Below the pieces are notes generated by a model. That model searched no databases and was not told the DNA's origin. It saw only the letters and a list, made by a program, of their open reading frames with translations. Positions 17,394 through 24,524 of a stretch of 47,104 nt of DNA are shown here, one piece after another. Source of the DNA: a virus (taxonomy: Duplodnaviria > Caudoviricetes); the IMG/VR virus record IMGVR_UViG_3300048865_000016, positions 1-47,104 of that record. One strand, written 5' to 3'. The position numbers were made by a program, and so were the translations under genes. Numbering within the stretch: the stretch's first letter is position 1; each line of letters opens with the position of its first letter.

Positions 17394-17463
17394 ATGCACA
17401 ATCAATACATGGACAATGTATGTCAGATGCATGACATACATTGAATCGATATTAGATAGATAT
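17394..17463. repeat. Centromere-like array
   Basis: Hexamers at 17394, 17405, 17416, 17427 | 17436, then degenerate 17447 and 17458. Confidence 0.65.
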
Positions 17464-17613
17464 AACCCGGAGCGCGGAGGGTGAGAACGCGCCCGGGTAC
17501 AACACACGTACAACCTTTACCGGGCAGCGTGTGTTGCGTGGGCAGTATAGCTGTAGCAGTCCCTTAGAGGTGATATGAGCAAAGACGATGAGAAGGATGA
17601 GGCGCTCCCGTTT

Positions 17614-17826
17614 CTACTCGGCCCCTTCCTGGTCAACCTTCCTTTTGAAAGCAACCATCTCTTTACTTAATCTGCGACCGTCCTCCTGGTCCAGGATGCA
17701 GTCATTGCATGCATCACAGTAGTCAGCCTTCACATCCTTTATAACTGTCGAATGACCTTTATACGCATAGGGTATGTCACGTGCGTCTGTCACCAGTTCG
17801 GCCTGGCCACACATTGGGCATCGCAT
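17614..17826 (-). CDS. Stand-alone MqsA/YgiT-type zinc-finger protein
   Basis: 70 aa 'MRCPMCGQAELV..YAYKGHSTVI..YCDACND', the MqsA N-domain pattern without an HTH; AAGGAG RBS. Confidence 0.85.
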   Translation of the reverse strand: MRCPMCGQAELVTDARDIPYAYKGHSTVIKDVKADYCDACNDCILDQEDGRRLSKEMVAFKRKVDQEGAE

Positions 17827-17870
17827 CACTTCGCTCCTTGAGTTCAGCTCCGTCATATGCAACTGAGTTG

Positions 17871-17929
17871 ATGTAGTTTAAATACTAATTAGATGTATGA
17901 TAAATGCATATCTGATGTAATAGATACAT
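17871..17929. repeat. Centromere-like array
   Basis: Hexamers at 17871, (17882), 17893, 17904, 17915 | 17924. Confidence 0.65.
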
Positions 17930-17950
17930 CAAACAACTAGGGAAAGTACT

Positions 17951-18520
17951 ATGACCTATATGGATTGGCTGCCAAAGAATTCTTCCGAACTCGCGGCATG
18001 GATTCAAGCGATAGGATCGATAGCCGCTATCGTCGTAGCCATTGCGGTACCGGCAGTCATCAATAAAAACCAACGTCGCCTATTGGCAGATGAGAAGGAA
18101 GAGCGGGCCAAGAACGCGGTTCTCATTATCTACCCACCGATAATGGATTTGAGTCGCTCGATCGACGCCTTCATAGAGTTCAATGCACCTGACTATGACC
18201 CTGAAGATCCTGGCATTCAGATAGATCCTCATGATGGCGAATTCGCCAAGCATATCCCTCGCGTTCTTGCCGTCGCCCCTGTACTAAATGAATTACCGCC
18301 ATCAGTAGCTGGGCCAGTTCGGTCATTGGTTGCAGAGCTCATAGATTTTGATCACTGGCTCCAATCCATACCTGCAATAGAACGCTCAGGATCTCCTGCG
18401 TTTTACAGGAATAATATCGATTTCATCCGAGAGCGTGCGGAGGAGCTGGATAAGTACGCCACGACAGCAATGGGCGCGGCTTATGAAAAGCTGCATGGGA
18501 AGAATCCTAACCCAACATAA
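17951..18520 (+). CDS. N-terminally membrane-anchored hypothetical protein
   Basis: 'AAWIQAIGSIAAIVVAIAVP' TM followed by a helical domain. Confidence 0.8.
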   Translation: MTYMDWLPKNSSELAAWIQAIGSIAAIVVAIAVPAVINKNQRRLLADEKEERAKNAVLIIYPPIMDLSRSIDAFIEFNAPDYDPEDPGIQIDPHDGEFAKHIPRVLAVAPVLNELPPSVAGPVRSLVAELIDFDHWLQSIPAIERSGSPAFYRNNIDFIRERAEELDKYATTAMGAAYEKLHGKNPNPT

Positions 18521-19074
18521 CCTGACATTTTTTCAGGATTGCCTCACATGGAAGGCGAAAAAATTAACATGTGAGGCCTAAAGCCTTTACATCCAGGCCG
18601 CATCTGCAGGCGAACCGGAAGTCTATCCTGACAACCTTCCGGTTCAAGTGTCTACAAATTTACTGTTGCCAGCGCCAGCATAGAGTCCATGCGCTTTGCG
18701 GGTGCTCCAACTGTCTACAAATTTACTGCTCTATCCTGACATTTTTCCGGTTGGCCCAGGCTATATGTGTAGGGAAACCGGGTTCATATATGGAGAGAAA
18801 CCGGGTTCTTTCCTGACAACTTTCCGGTCAAGTGTCTACAAATTTACTGCTCCAGATCCCAACCGAGTATTCATGCGGTCTGGGTAGCCGTCCGAGCGAC
18901 TCATACTGTCTACAAATCTACTGTTCTATCCTGACATTTTTCCGGTTGGCCAAGCCCATATGTGGTGAGAAACCGGGTTAAGGATGTCTGTACATTAATA
19001 TGTGTAGAGAAACCGTGAAGTTGCTTCTATCAAACGTCAGTTCAATCATTGTATTTGTGTAGAGAAACCGGGTT
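18520..19074. repeat. Composite array of three iteron-like motifs
   Basis: A TCCTGACAWYYTTCCGGT x4 plus one partial; B TGTCTACAAATYTACTG x4; C ATGTGTAGAGAAACCGGGTT-like x5. Confidence 0.9.
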
Positions 19075-19078
19075 CTTC

Positions 19079-19107
19079 TTGTAGTTCTTTTGGGCAGATT
19101 GTATTGT
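19079..19107 (+). promoter_or_regulatory. Sigma70 promoter of the C4 operon
   Basis: TTGTAG-17-TATTGT immediately upstream of the a1b1 leader. Confidence 0.55.
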
Positions 19108-19114
19108 TCTGCAC

Positions 19115-19173
19115 TCGCTGCAAATTCAGCGAACGGGTTTGGCGACCCGATATGACAAAGGCGCACAGGCGCC
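19115..19173 (+). promoter_or_regulatory. c4 a1b1 target leader
   Basis: Hairpins TCGCTG..CAGCGA and CGGGT..ACCCG; a1 TTGGCGA at 19139, b1 GACAAAG at 19154. Confidence 0.8.
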
Positions 19174-19219
19174 CCAAACGAATGCAGGCGCTTTTTTTGT
19201 GCCCGTATCTTCGTGTTAT

Positions 19220-19294
19220 GGCGGCTGTGCGCGGGATACCTTCGGGTATGCCGGGTCTCTTTGTCCCCGGTTCGCCAACCTGCGCACAGCTGCC
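19220..19294 (+). ncRNA. c4: C4 antisense RNA (P1/P7 c4-like)
   Basis: Closing stem GGCGGCTGTGCGCGGG/CCTGCGCACAGCTGCC, ATACC-TTCG-GGTAT hairpin, loop CTTTGTC (b') and TCGCCAA (a') complementary to the flanking a/b sites. Confidence 0.88.
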
Positions 19295-19347
19295 TCCTAA
19301 ATCGTTTGGCGACGATCAAGGCAGCTCAAAAGACAAAGGAGCACCTC

Positions 19348-19578
19348 ATGGATCCGCTTGATCGAGCACAGCTTGAAATCAACCTGAACCTCATATTGCA
19401 CGCAGGAAAAGCATTGCAAACTATCGCCCAGCTGGTAGCTCAGAGCGATATTGCTGAACCAGGGTTTGGTGTGATCACCCAAGAGCACCGAGTTCATCTA
19501 ATGGGTGCAGTTGAAGTTATAGGCGAAAGCTTAGTAAGACGTACCTTTATTCTTGGCCAGATCCTAAGGGAAGATTAG
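19348..19578 (+). CDS. C4-controlled small protein
   Basis: 76 aa; RBS AAGGAG overlaps b2 (GACAAAG at 19332); a2 at 19306. Confidence 0.7.
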   Translation: MDPLDRAQLEINLNLILHAGKALQTIAQLVAQSDIAEPGFGVITQEHRVHLMGAVEVIGESLVRRTFILGQILRED

Positions 19579-19580
19579 TC

Positions 19581-20285
19581 ATGGAAATGGAGGCTTTATC
19601 TCCTGCCTACGTTTACTTTTTACGCCATGATAGTGAGCCACGGATAAAGATCGGCAAAGCGATTGACATGCCTCGACGCTGGAAGCAATTAGGTGAGCCA
19701 TTCAACTTGAGCCAAAGCTTCTACACAGTTTGTTCTTCTGAGGCAGAAGCCTTCGTCCTAGAAAAGAAATTACACCGAGCTTTTAAAAATCAGCGTCTCG
19801 ATCTAGATAAGCGTTTCCAAGGAAGCACCGAATGGTTCGATGCTGTTGTGATCGATACGATATTGGAACTAGTAGATGGCGTTCTACCTGTAGAGGCTGT
19901 TGCTCCTAGGCCTCGTTTAAAGAAGGTTAAGCAAAAGATGCCCATGTGGCAGATCAGGCCGGGACTATACAGCCATTGGCAATATGAGTTTCGGCTTCTT
20001 CTGATAGAGGCTCTTCGTGAGTGCACCCTAGAGTTCAAGGGTGACAAGTTATATATAGAAGGTAACCAAGCAGAGAAATATGGCTATCTCCTGTTCCGAT
20101 ACTGGGTCGATTATCAGGTAGGTTATGAATCAGGATGGTTTAAAATTTTTGGATCAATGAGCATTCCAAACCCTCCTAGCCTTCGATATAGCCTCACCAT
20201 CAATTCCTCTATTCCTCTGTCAACTTTTGCTGGTTTGGTAGCGGTCCCTGGTGAGCAGTTTCAGACCTCTTTTTCATATGTGTAG
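19581..20285 (+). CDS. GIY-YIG (T5orf172-like) domain protein
   Basis: 'YVYFL..IKIGKA..R..QL..LEKKLHRAF..GSTEWF'. Confidence 0.88.
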   Translation: MEMEALSPAYVYFLRHDSEPRIKIGKAIDMPRRWKQLGEPFNLSQSFYTVCSSEAEAFVLEKKLHRAFKNQRLDLDKRFQGSTEWFDAVVIDTILELVDGVLPVEAVAPRPRLKKVKQKMPMWQIRPGLYSHWQYEFRLLLIEALRECTLEFKGDKLYIEGNQAEKYGYLLFRYWVDYQVGYESGWFKIFGSMSIPNPPSLRYSLTINSSIPLSTFAGLVAVPGEQFQTSFSYV

Positions 20286-20498
20286 AGATCCCGTGTTTCT
20301 ATTAGATCTTTGCTTTTGCTCTGAAAAAAAGAAAGAGTTTGTATTTTTCTTTTCTTTTTCCTTTTTAAGGGCCGCTACAGCCCAGTCCTGGCGCGGCTTT
20401 CAGCGTCTATATGTGTAGAGATCCCGTGTTTGATGTGTAGTCAAACCGGGTAATATGTGTAGTCAAACCGGGTAATATGTGTAGCTAAACCGGGTTCG
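20276..20498 (+). repeat. Plasmid oriV: iteron, AT-rich region, four tandem 22-bp iterons
   Basis: ATGTGTAGnnAWMCCGKGT at 20411, 20433, 20455, 20477 and a lone copy near 20278; A/T tract about 20300-20367; directly upstream of rep. Confidence 0.92.
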
Positions 20499-20515
20499 TC
20501 TGGAAGGGGTTTTAA

Positions 20516-21358
20516 GTGGTCAAGAAAAACAAGAAGGACATGGTTGTTCAATCGAACCACTTGGTTGAAGCGGCTTACCAGTTGAGTCTTGGGGAAAAAA
20601 GACTGCTTCTGTTTTGCATAGCCCAGATCCGACGCGATAGCGAGCTGACGGATCAAGTTATGTATACAGTTCACGCTTCTGATTATGCCAAGCGCTTCAA
20701 CATTAAACTAAACGCCGCCTATGAAGAGATGGCACTAGCTGCTACCAAGCTTGAAAGCGAAAGCCGTGTAACTATTTATAGAGACATCGATGGGAAACCG
20801 GCCAAGTTAAAGCCTCGGTGGGTACAGACAGCAGGTTACTTGCCTCGAGAAGGCAAGGTCGCTCTTCGATTCAACCACGACGTTGTTCCGTACCTTTCGC
20901 AACTGCAGACAGAGTTCACTCAGTATCACCTAGATGATGTCTCTAGAATGACAAGTCCTAACGCTATCAGACTCTATGAGCTTCTAGTCAAATGGCGTAA
21001 TAGCGGTGATATGCATACGTTTGAGATCAACACGCTCAAATCACTGATGGGACTCGATGAAAGATATACATTAATGTCTAACTTTAGGAGGTCAGTGCTA
21101 GATGTCTGCGTGGCCCAGATCAATACACATTCCCCTTTATTCGTCAGCTATGAGCTAGTCAAATCAGGCCGCAGCGTTTCCCATCTTACCTTTCATTACT
21201 CAGATAAATTACTTGAACCCCTTGAAGTATCTGATCCTAAGGTACCGAAACCGGGTAAGAAAACACTTACTCGTGATCTGATTGCTCGCAAAGCTTTACC
21301 TGGAGAAACGTGGGAACAAGCAGAGGCTCGACTAAAAAAGGCTTTGGCTTCTGTCTAA
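20516..21358 (+). CDS. Rep_3-family plasmid replication initiator
   Basis: 'VVQSNHLVEAAYQLSLGEKRLL..RWV..YLSQL..FTQY..AIRLYELL..NFRRSVLD..QIN'. Confidence 0.95.
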   Translation: MVKKNKKDMVVQSNHLVEAAYQLSLGEKRLLLFCIAQIRRDSELTDQVMYTVHASDYAKRFNIKLNAAYEEMALAATKLESESRVTIYRDIDGKPAKLKPRWVQTAGYLPREGKVALRFNHDVVPYLSQLQTEFTQYHLDDVSRMTSPNAIRLYELLVKWRNSGDMHTFEINTLKSLMGLDERYTLMSNFRRSVLDVCVAQINTHSPLFVSYELVKSGRSVSHLTFHYSDKLLEPLEVSDPKVPKPGKKTLTRDLIARKALPGETWEQAEARLKKALASV

Positions 21359-21362
21359 AGAC

Positions 21363-21498
21363 AGTCGGAATTCTTAGTCGATAGCGCCTGCATATGACCA
21401 AGGCTTATCAGCATAGCCGGAAAGTTTAGTCGTTAATCACACCTTCAAGGCTGCTTAAACCTGGGCCTTAGCTATATAGCCGGAATCTTTAGTCGATA
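21363..21498 (+). repeat. Three dispersed 18-21 bp repeats downstream of rep
   Basis: AGYCGGAAWBYTTAGTCG at 21363, 21415, 21478. Confidence 0.8.
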
Positions 21499-21505
21499 CC
21501 CTCGA

Positions 21506-21745
21506 CTACCTAAACCACTTGGTACCTATAACACCATTCTCATAGAGACCGAGCCGCGCTTTCGAAGCTGTCAGATAAACCAGCCCGCAATAGGTGCAGC
21601 GCTTGCCACCACCGTGCGCTGATATCTCTGTCTGGACTGACTCTGGAAACTGCGCCAGTAGGCTAGCGCCTACATCCATCTGCCTATTTGAGTTGCCACC
21701 GGAACACTCATCAGGGCAGTAGCCTGGAGGATAGTGCTTTGGCAT
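21506..21745 (-). CDS. Small zinc-binding protein downstream of vapC
   Basis: 79 aa, CPDEC and CTYC; AGGAG RBS; 9 nt after the vapC stop. Confidence 0.7.
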   Translation of the reverse strand: MPKHYPPGYCPDECSGGNSNRQMDVGASLLAQFPESVQTEISAHGGGKRCTYCGLVYLTASKARLGLYENGVIGTKWFR

Positions 21746-21754
21746 ATCTATCTC

Positions 21755-22165
21755 CTAAACCCAGTTTGCATAATTAAGACCTGGAACTCGACTGAACTCA
21801 CGCAAGTTGTTAGAGACCAGTACGCAGCCAGTAGCAAGTGCATGTCCAGCTATCAGCGTGTCATTTGTGCCAATAGTCTTACCGGCCTGACTCAGCACAT
21901 CCATGACCTCGATTGCGGAATCAATGGCGCGGCTATCCAAAGGAAGGATGGCATCTACTCGGGCAACAAACTCATCTATCAACCCCTTGAGTTTTGGGGA
22001 TGCCTTTTTACCGATCTGCCCAGTGCGCATTTCCATGTAGGTGACTGTAGAAATCACAATCTGGTTACCCTTTTCTACCTCAGCCGCCAATTTCTCAAGA
22101 ACAGCTATTGGATGCTCTTTCATAATGTAAGAGCAGATATTGGTATCGAGCATGTAAGTAATCAC
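21755..22165 (-). CDS. vapC: VapC PIN toxin
   Basis: 'YMLDTNICSYIM..E..IGTNDTLIAGHA..LVSNNLREFSRVPGL..NW'. Confidence 0.95.
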   Translation of the reverse strand: MITYMLDTNICSYIMKEHPIAVLEKLAAEVEKGNQIVISTVTYMEMRTGQIGKKASPKLKGLIDEFVARVDAILPLDSRAIDSAIEVMDVLSQAGKTIGTNDTLIAGHALATGCVLVSNNLREFSRVPGLNYANWV

Positions 22166-22392
22166 AGATCGAACCGACCTTCATCAGCAATGACGTCAGG
22201 CCGCTCATTCAGGAAATCAGGATCAGCCTTTGGCAGTGTGGCGAATGATGTCCAGGATGGACGAGCAGGACGCAGGATAGTCACGTCACCTTCACGCCTG
22301 ATCTCAAGCTCTCCGACACCTTCATAAGCCATGTCAGCGGGTAGGCGCACTGCCTGGTTCTTACCATTTTTGAAAATAGATACGGTACGCAT
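22162..22392 (-). CDS. vapB: VapB (AbrB-like) antitoxin
   Basis: 'MRTVSIFKNGKNQAVRLPADMAYEGVGELEI'. Confidence 0.95.
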   Translation of the reverse strand: MRTVSIFKNGKNQAVRLPADMAYEGVGELEIRREGDVTILRPARPSWTSFATLPKADPDFLNERPDVIADEGRFDL

Positions 22393-22404
22393 TTCCTTAC
22401 TCCA

Positions 22405-22460
22405 GCATATGCAAGACATATGCATTGTAAGTACGTGCGTAGGCATATGCAAGGCATAGG
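22405..22460. promoter_or_regulatory. vapBC operator repeats
   Basis: CATATGCA at 22406, 22417 and 22444 upstream of vapB. Confidence 0.65.
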
Positions 22461-22613
22461 CTATGCGTTACTCATTCCGTCGATGCACTGGATTGAGTTA
22501 TTACGTAGATCACAATCCCCTGCCTTCTTTCCTCCTCCCGTCCTCATTACCCTTTCCTCCTATATTCGCGCTGCTAATATCCCCTGAACCAGCCCCCGCC
22601 ACGGATTGCCGCT

Positions 22614-23756
22614 ATGCCGTATCGCCGCAAAGACTCCAAGTTCTACTGGATTTCCTATATGGACTCGTCGGGTGAGTACATCCAGCGATCATCCAAGACG
22701 ACCAAACTGGCGGAGGCCAAGGTCCTCGAGCAGACTGAACGTGCGCAGGCGTGGCGTGATCGTCAGTTGGGCATCAAACCGCCCAAAACATTTGAGCAAG
22801 TGGTCACCAAGTACCTGCTGCATGCTCGCCAGGTGCAGCGCAGCTATGACACAACGGTGATCCGGATCGAGATCCTGCGCCGGCACTTCGCTGGTCAGGT
22901 CATCAACAACCTGACTGCAGCTGACGTACGCCATTACATCGATGCTCGCCTGAAGGATGGAATCTCCAACAGCTCAATCAACCGCGAGCTGTCTGCGCTG
23001 TCGGCAGCTATCAATCACTGCAACAAGGAGTACGAGTGGGAGCTGCCCAACCCTGTCAGTGGTAGACGAACCAAAGAGCCAGAGGGTCGGGTGCGTTGGC
23101 TGCGTCGAGCGGAAGTGGAGGCACTGTGCCGTGCAGCCAGAGAACAACGCCATGGCGAGCTGCTCGACGACTTTATCCGGCTTGCCGTTAATACAGGCAT
23201 GCGCAAAGAGGAGCTGCTGGGACTGGAGTGGTCACGCGTTGACTTGGCCAACATGCTCATCCACCTGGACAGCGAGCACAACAAATCTGGAAAACGGCGA
23301 TCCATTCCGATTAACCAGAAGGCGCTCACCATACTACGGTCCAGGCTGGCCCATCGAGCCGAGCATTGCCCGGATGCACCGCATGTGTTTGTGCGTGACA
23401 CAGGTGAGCGGGTCAAAACAGTCCGGACCGGATTTGAGAGTGCCTGCAAGGCAGCCGGTATTCAGGATCTGCACATTCACGACCTGCGCCACACGTTCGC
23501 TGCTCACCTGGTGAGCGAGGGTGTACCGCTTCCGGAAGTACGAGATCTGCTTGGCCACTCGACGATCATCATGACTGAGCGTTATGCGCACCTTGCGCCG
23601 GCGCGGGTAAGAAAGGCAGTCGAAGTACTCGATCTGTTGGGTGATGAGGAGTCAGAAGGGTCGTTACGTTCAGACTACGGCATAAATCCAGTGCATCGAG
23701 AAAAAGAACCAACGATACGGCTCAAGGCTATACAGGGTGGGGCTTTGCGGGAATAG
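22614..23756 (+). CDS. int: Tyrosine recombinase / integrase
   Basis: N-terminal arm-like domain, 'TGMRKEE', 'HDLRH', 'LLGHS', 'TERY'. Confidence 0.95.
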   Translation: MPYRRKDSKFYWISYMDSSGEYIQRSSKTTKLAEAKVLEQTERAQAWRDRQLGIKPPKTFEQVVTKYLLHARQVQRSYDTTVIRIEILRRHFAGQVINNLTAADVRHYIDARLKDGISNSSINRELSALSAAINHCNKEYEWELPNPVSGRRTKEPEGRVRWLRRAEVEALCRAAREQRHGELLDDFIRLAVNTGMRKEELLGLEWSRVDLANMLIHLDSEHNKSGKRRSIPINQKALTILRSRLAHRAEHCPDAPHVFVRDTGERVKTVRTGFESACKAAGIQDLHIHDLRHTFAAHLVSEGVPLPEVRDLLGHSTIIMTERYAHLAPARVRKAVEVLDLLGDEESEGSLRSDYGINPVHREKEPTIRLKAIQGGALRE

Positions 23757-23940
23757 TCAGGATGACGTAGAAATGACGATGCACTGGATACTATATCCAG
23801 TGCATCGAGCGAAAGACGGCATAGCTTCTAGGTTTTGCGGAACAGCTTGAGTTGAAAGCGGGACAGAAAGGCGGGAAATGGATGTTACGTTCAGTCGACT
23901 TAAATGTGCGACTGTCTCCATCTAGTTCAGAACGTAGCGG
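23661..23940. other. Candidate att/res region
   Basis: Palindrome CGATGCACTGGATA-CTA-TATCCAGTGCATCG at 23777-23807; half-sites at 23685 and 22480; TTACGTTCAG and TGACG arm-like repeats. Confidence 0.55.
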
Positions 23941-23991
23941 TGATTACCGATAGTGAGGGTATGCCAGCCAATTCGGCGCGGCCCCCTCAGG

Positions 23992-24297
23992 ATGATCATC
24001 ATGATCGAAGCTGTCATAACCTCTCGCATTGAATACCGCATTACCCGTCATAACGGCTTCGACATCAAGCGTATGCGGCCCTGCCTTAAACGCATGCGTA
24101 AGATCACCGCTGAACATCACCAGACCTACTATTACGGAGAGTACTCTCACCATGACGTCTGGACAGAAGATGGCTGGCTTGTGATCTCCGTCTTTGGAGA
24201 AGATGGTCTGCAGAGTGGTATCAGAAAGGGCACGGCTGTAGGATTCGTCCACTTTGCTCCAGAGACGCCACTCTATGTTGATGTATCCAGAAAATGA
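23992..24297 (+). CDS. Hypothetical protein (start uncertain)
   Basis: ATGA overlap with the downstream HTH gene. Confidence 0.55.
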   Translation: MIIMIEAVITSRIEYRITRHNGFDIKRMRPCLKRMRKITAEHHQTYYYGEYSHHDVWTEDGWLVISVFGEDGLQSGIRKGTAVGFVHFAPETPLYVDVSRK

Positions 24298-24524
24298 CCA
24301 AACGACCTGACGCCAGCCAGCACAATGGCGATCCTGAATATCTGCGATCGCTGATCGAGCAGTCAGGTCTCTCAATACGTCAGACGGCGGATCAGATCGG
24401 GATCCGCCGTACTGAACTGCAGGCCTACCTTTACGATGAGGCAGACGAACGCCATCGTACCGTGACGTACCCAGTACAGTTTGCGTTGGAATGCCTAGCG
24501 ATACCGGAGAAAGCCAATGACTGA
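24294..24524 (+). CDS. XRE-like HTH protein
   Basis: 'PEYLRSLIEQSGLSIRQTADQIGI..YPVQFALECLA'. Confidence 0.8.
   Translation: MTKRPDASQHNGDPEYLRSLIEQSGLSIRQTADQIGIRRTELQAYLYDEADERHRTVTYPVQFALECLAIPEKAND

Noticed and set aside
18520-19074. CRISPR array or mini-array
   Set aside because: Three alternating non-palindromic motifs rather than one repeat with uniform unique spacers; no cas genes; one motif matches the oriV iterons
19104-19361. Ash-like ORFs (19104-19361 and the 19213 start) as real proteins
   Set aside because: They overlap the C4 RNA and its targets, which explain the sequence better; the RBS-supported start is 19348
23784-23800. LexA (SOS) box CTGGATACTATATCCAG
   Set aside because: Spacing is CTG-N11-CAG rather than the canonical N10, and it is part of a longer motif repeated around int
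23777-23807. N15-like telRL site implying a linear plasmid prophage
   Set aside because: The palindrome is only 31 bp with an asymmetric centre, and the adjacent enzyme is a standard integrase, not a protelomerase
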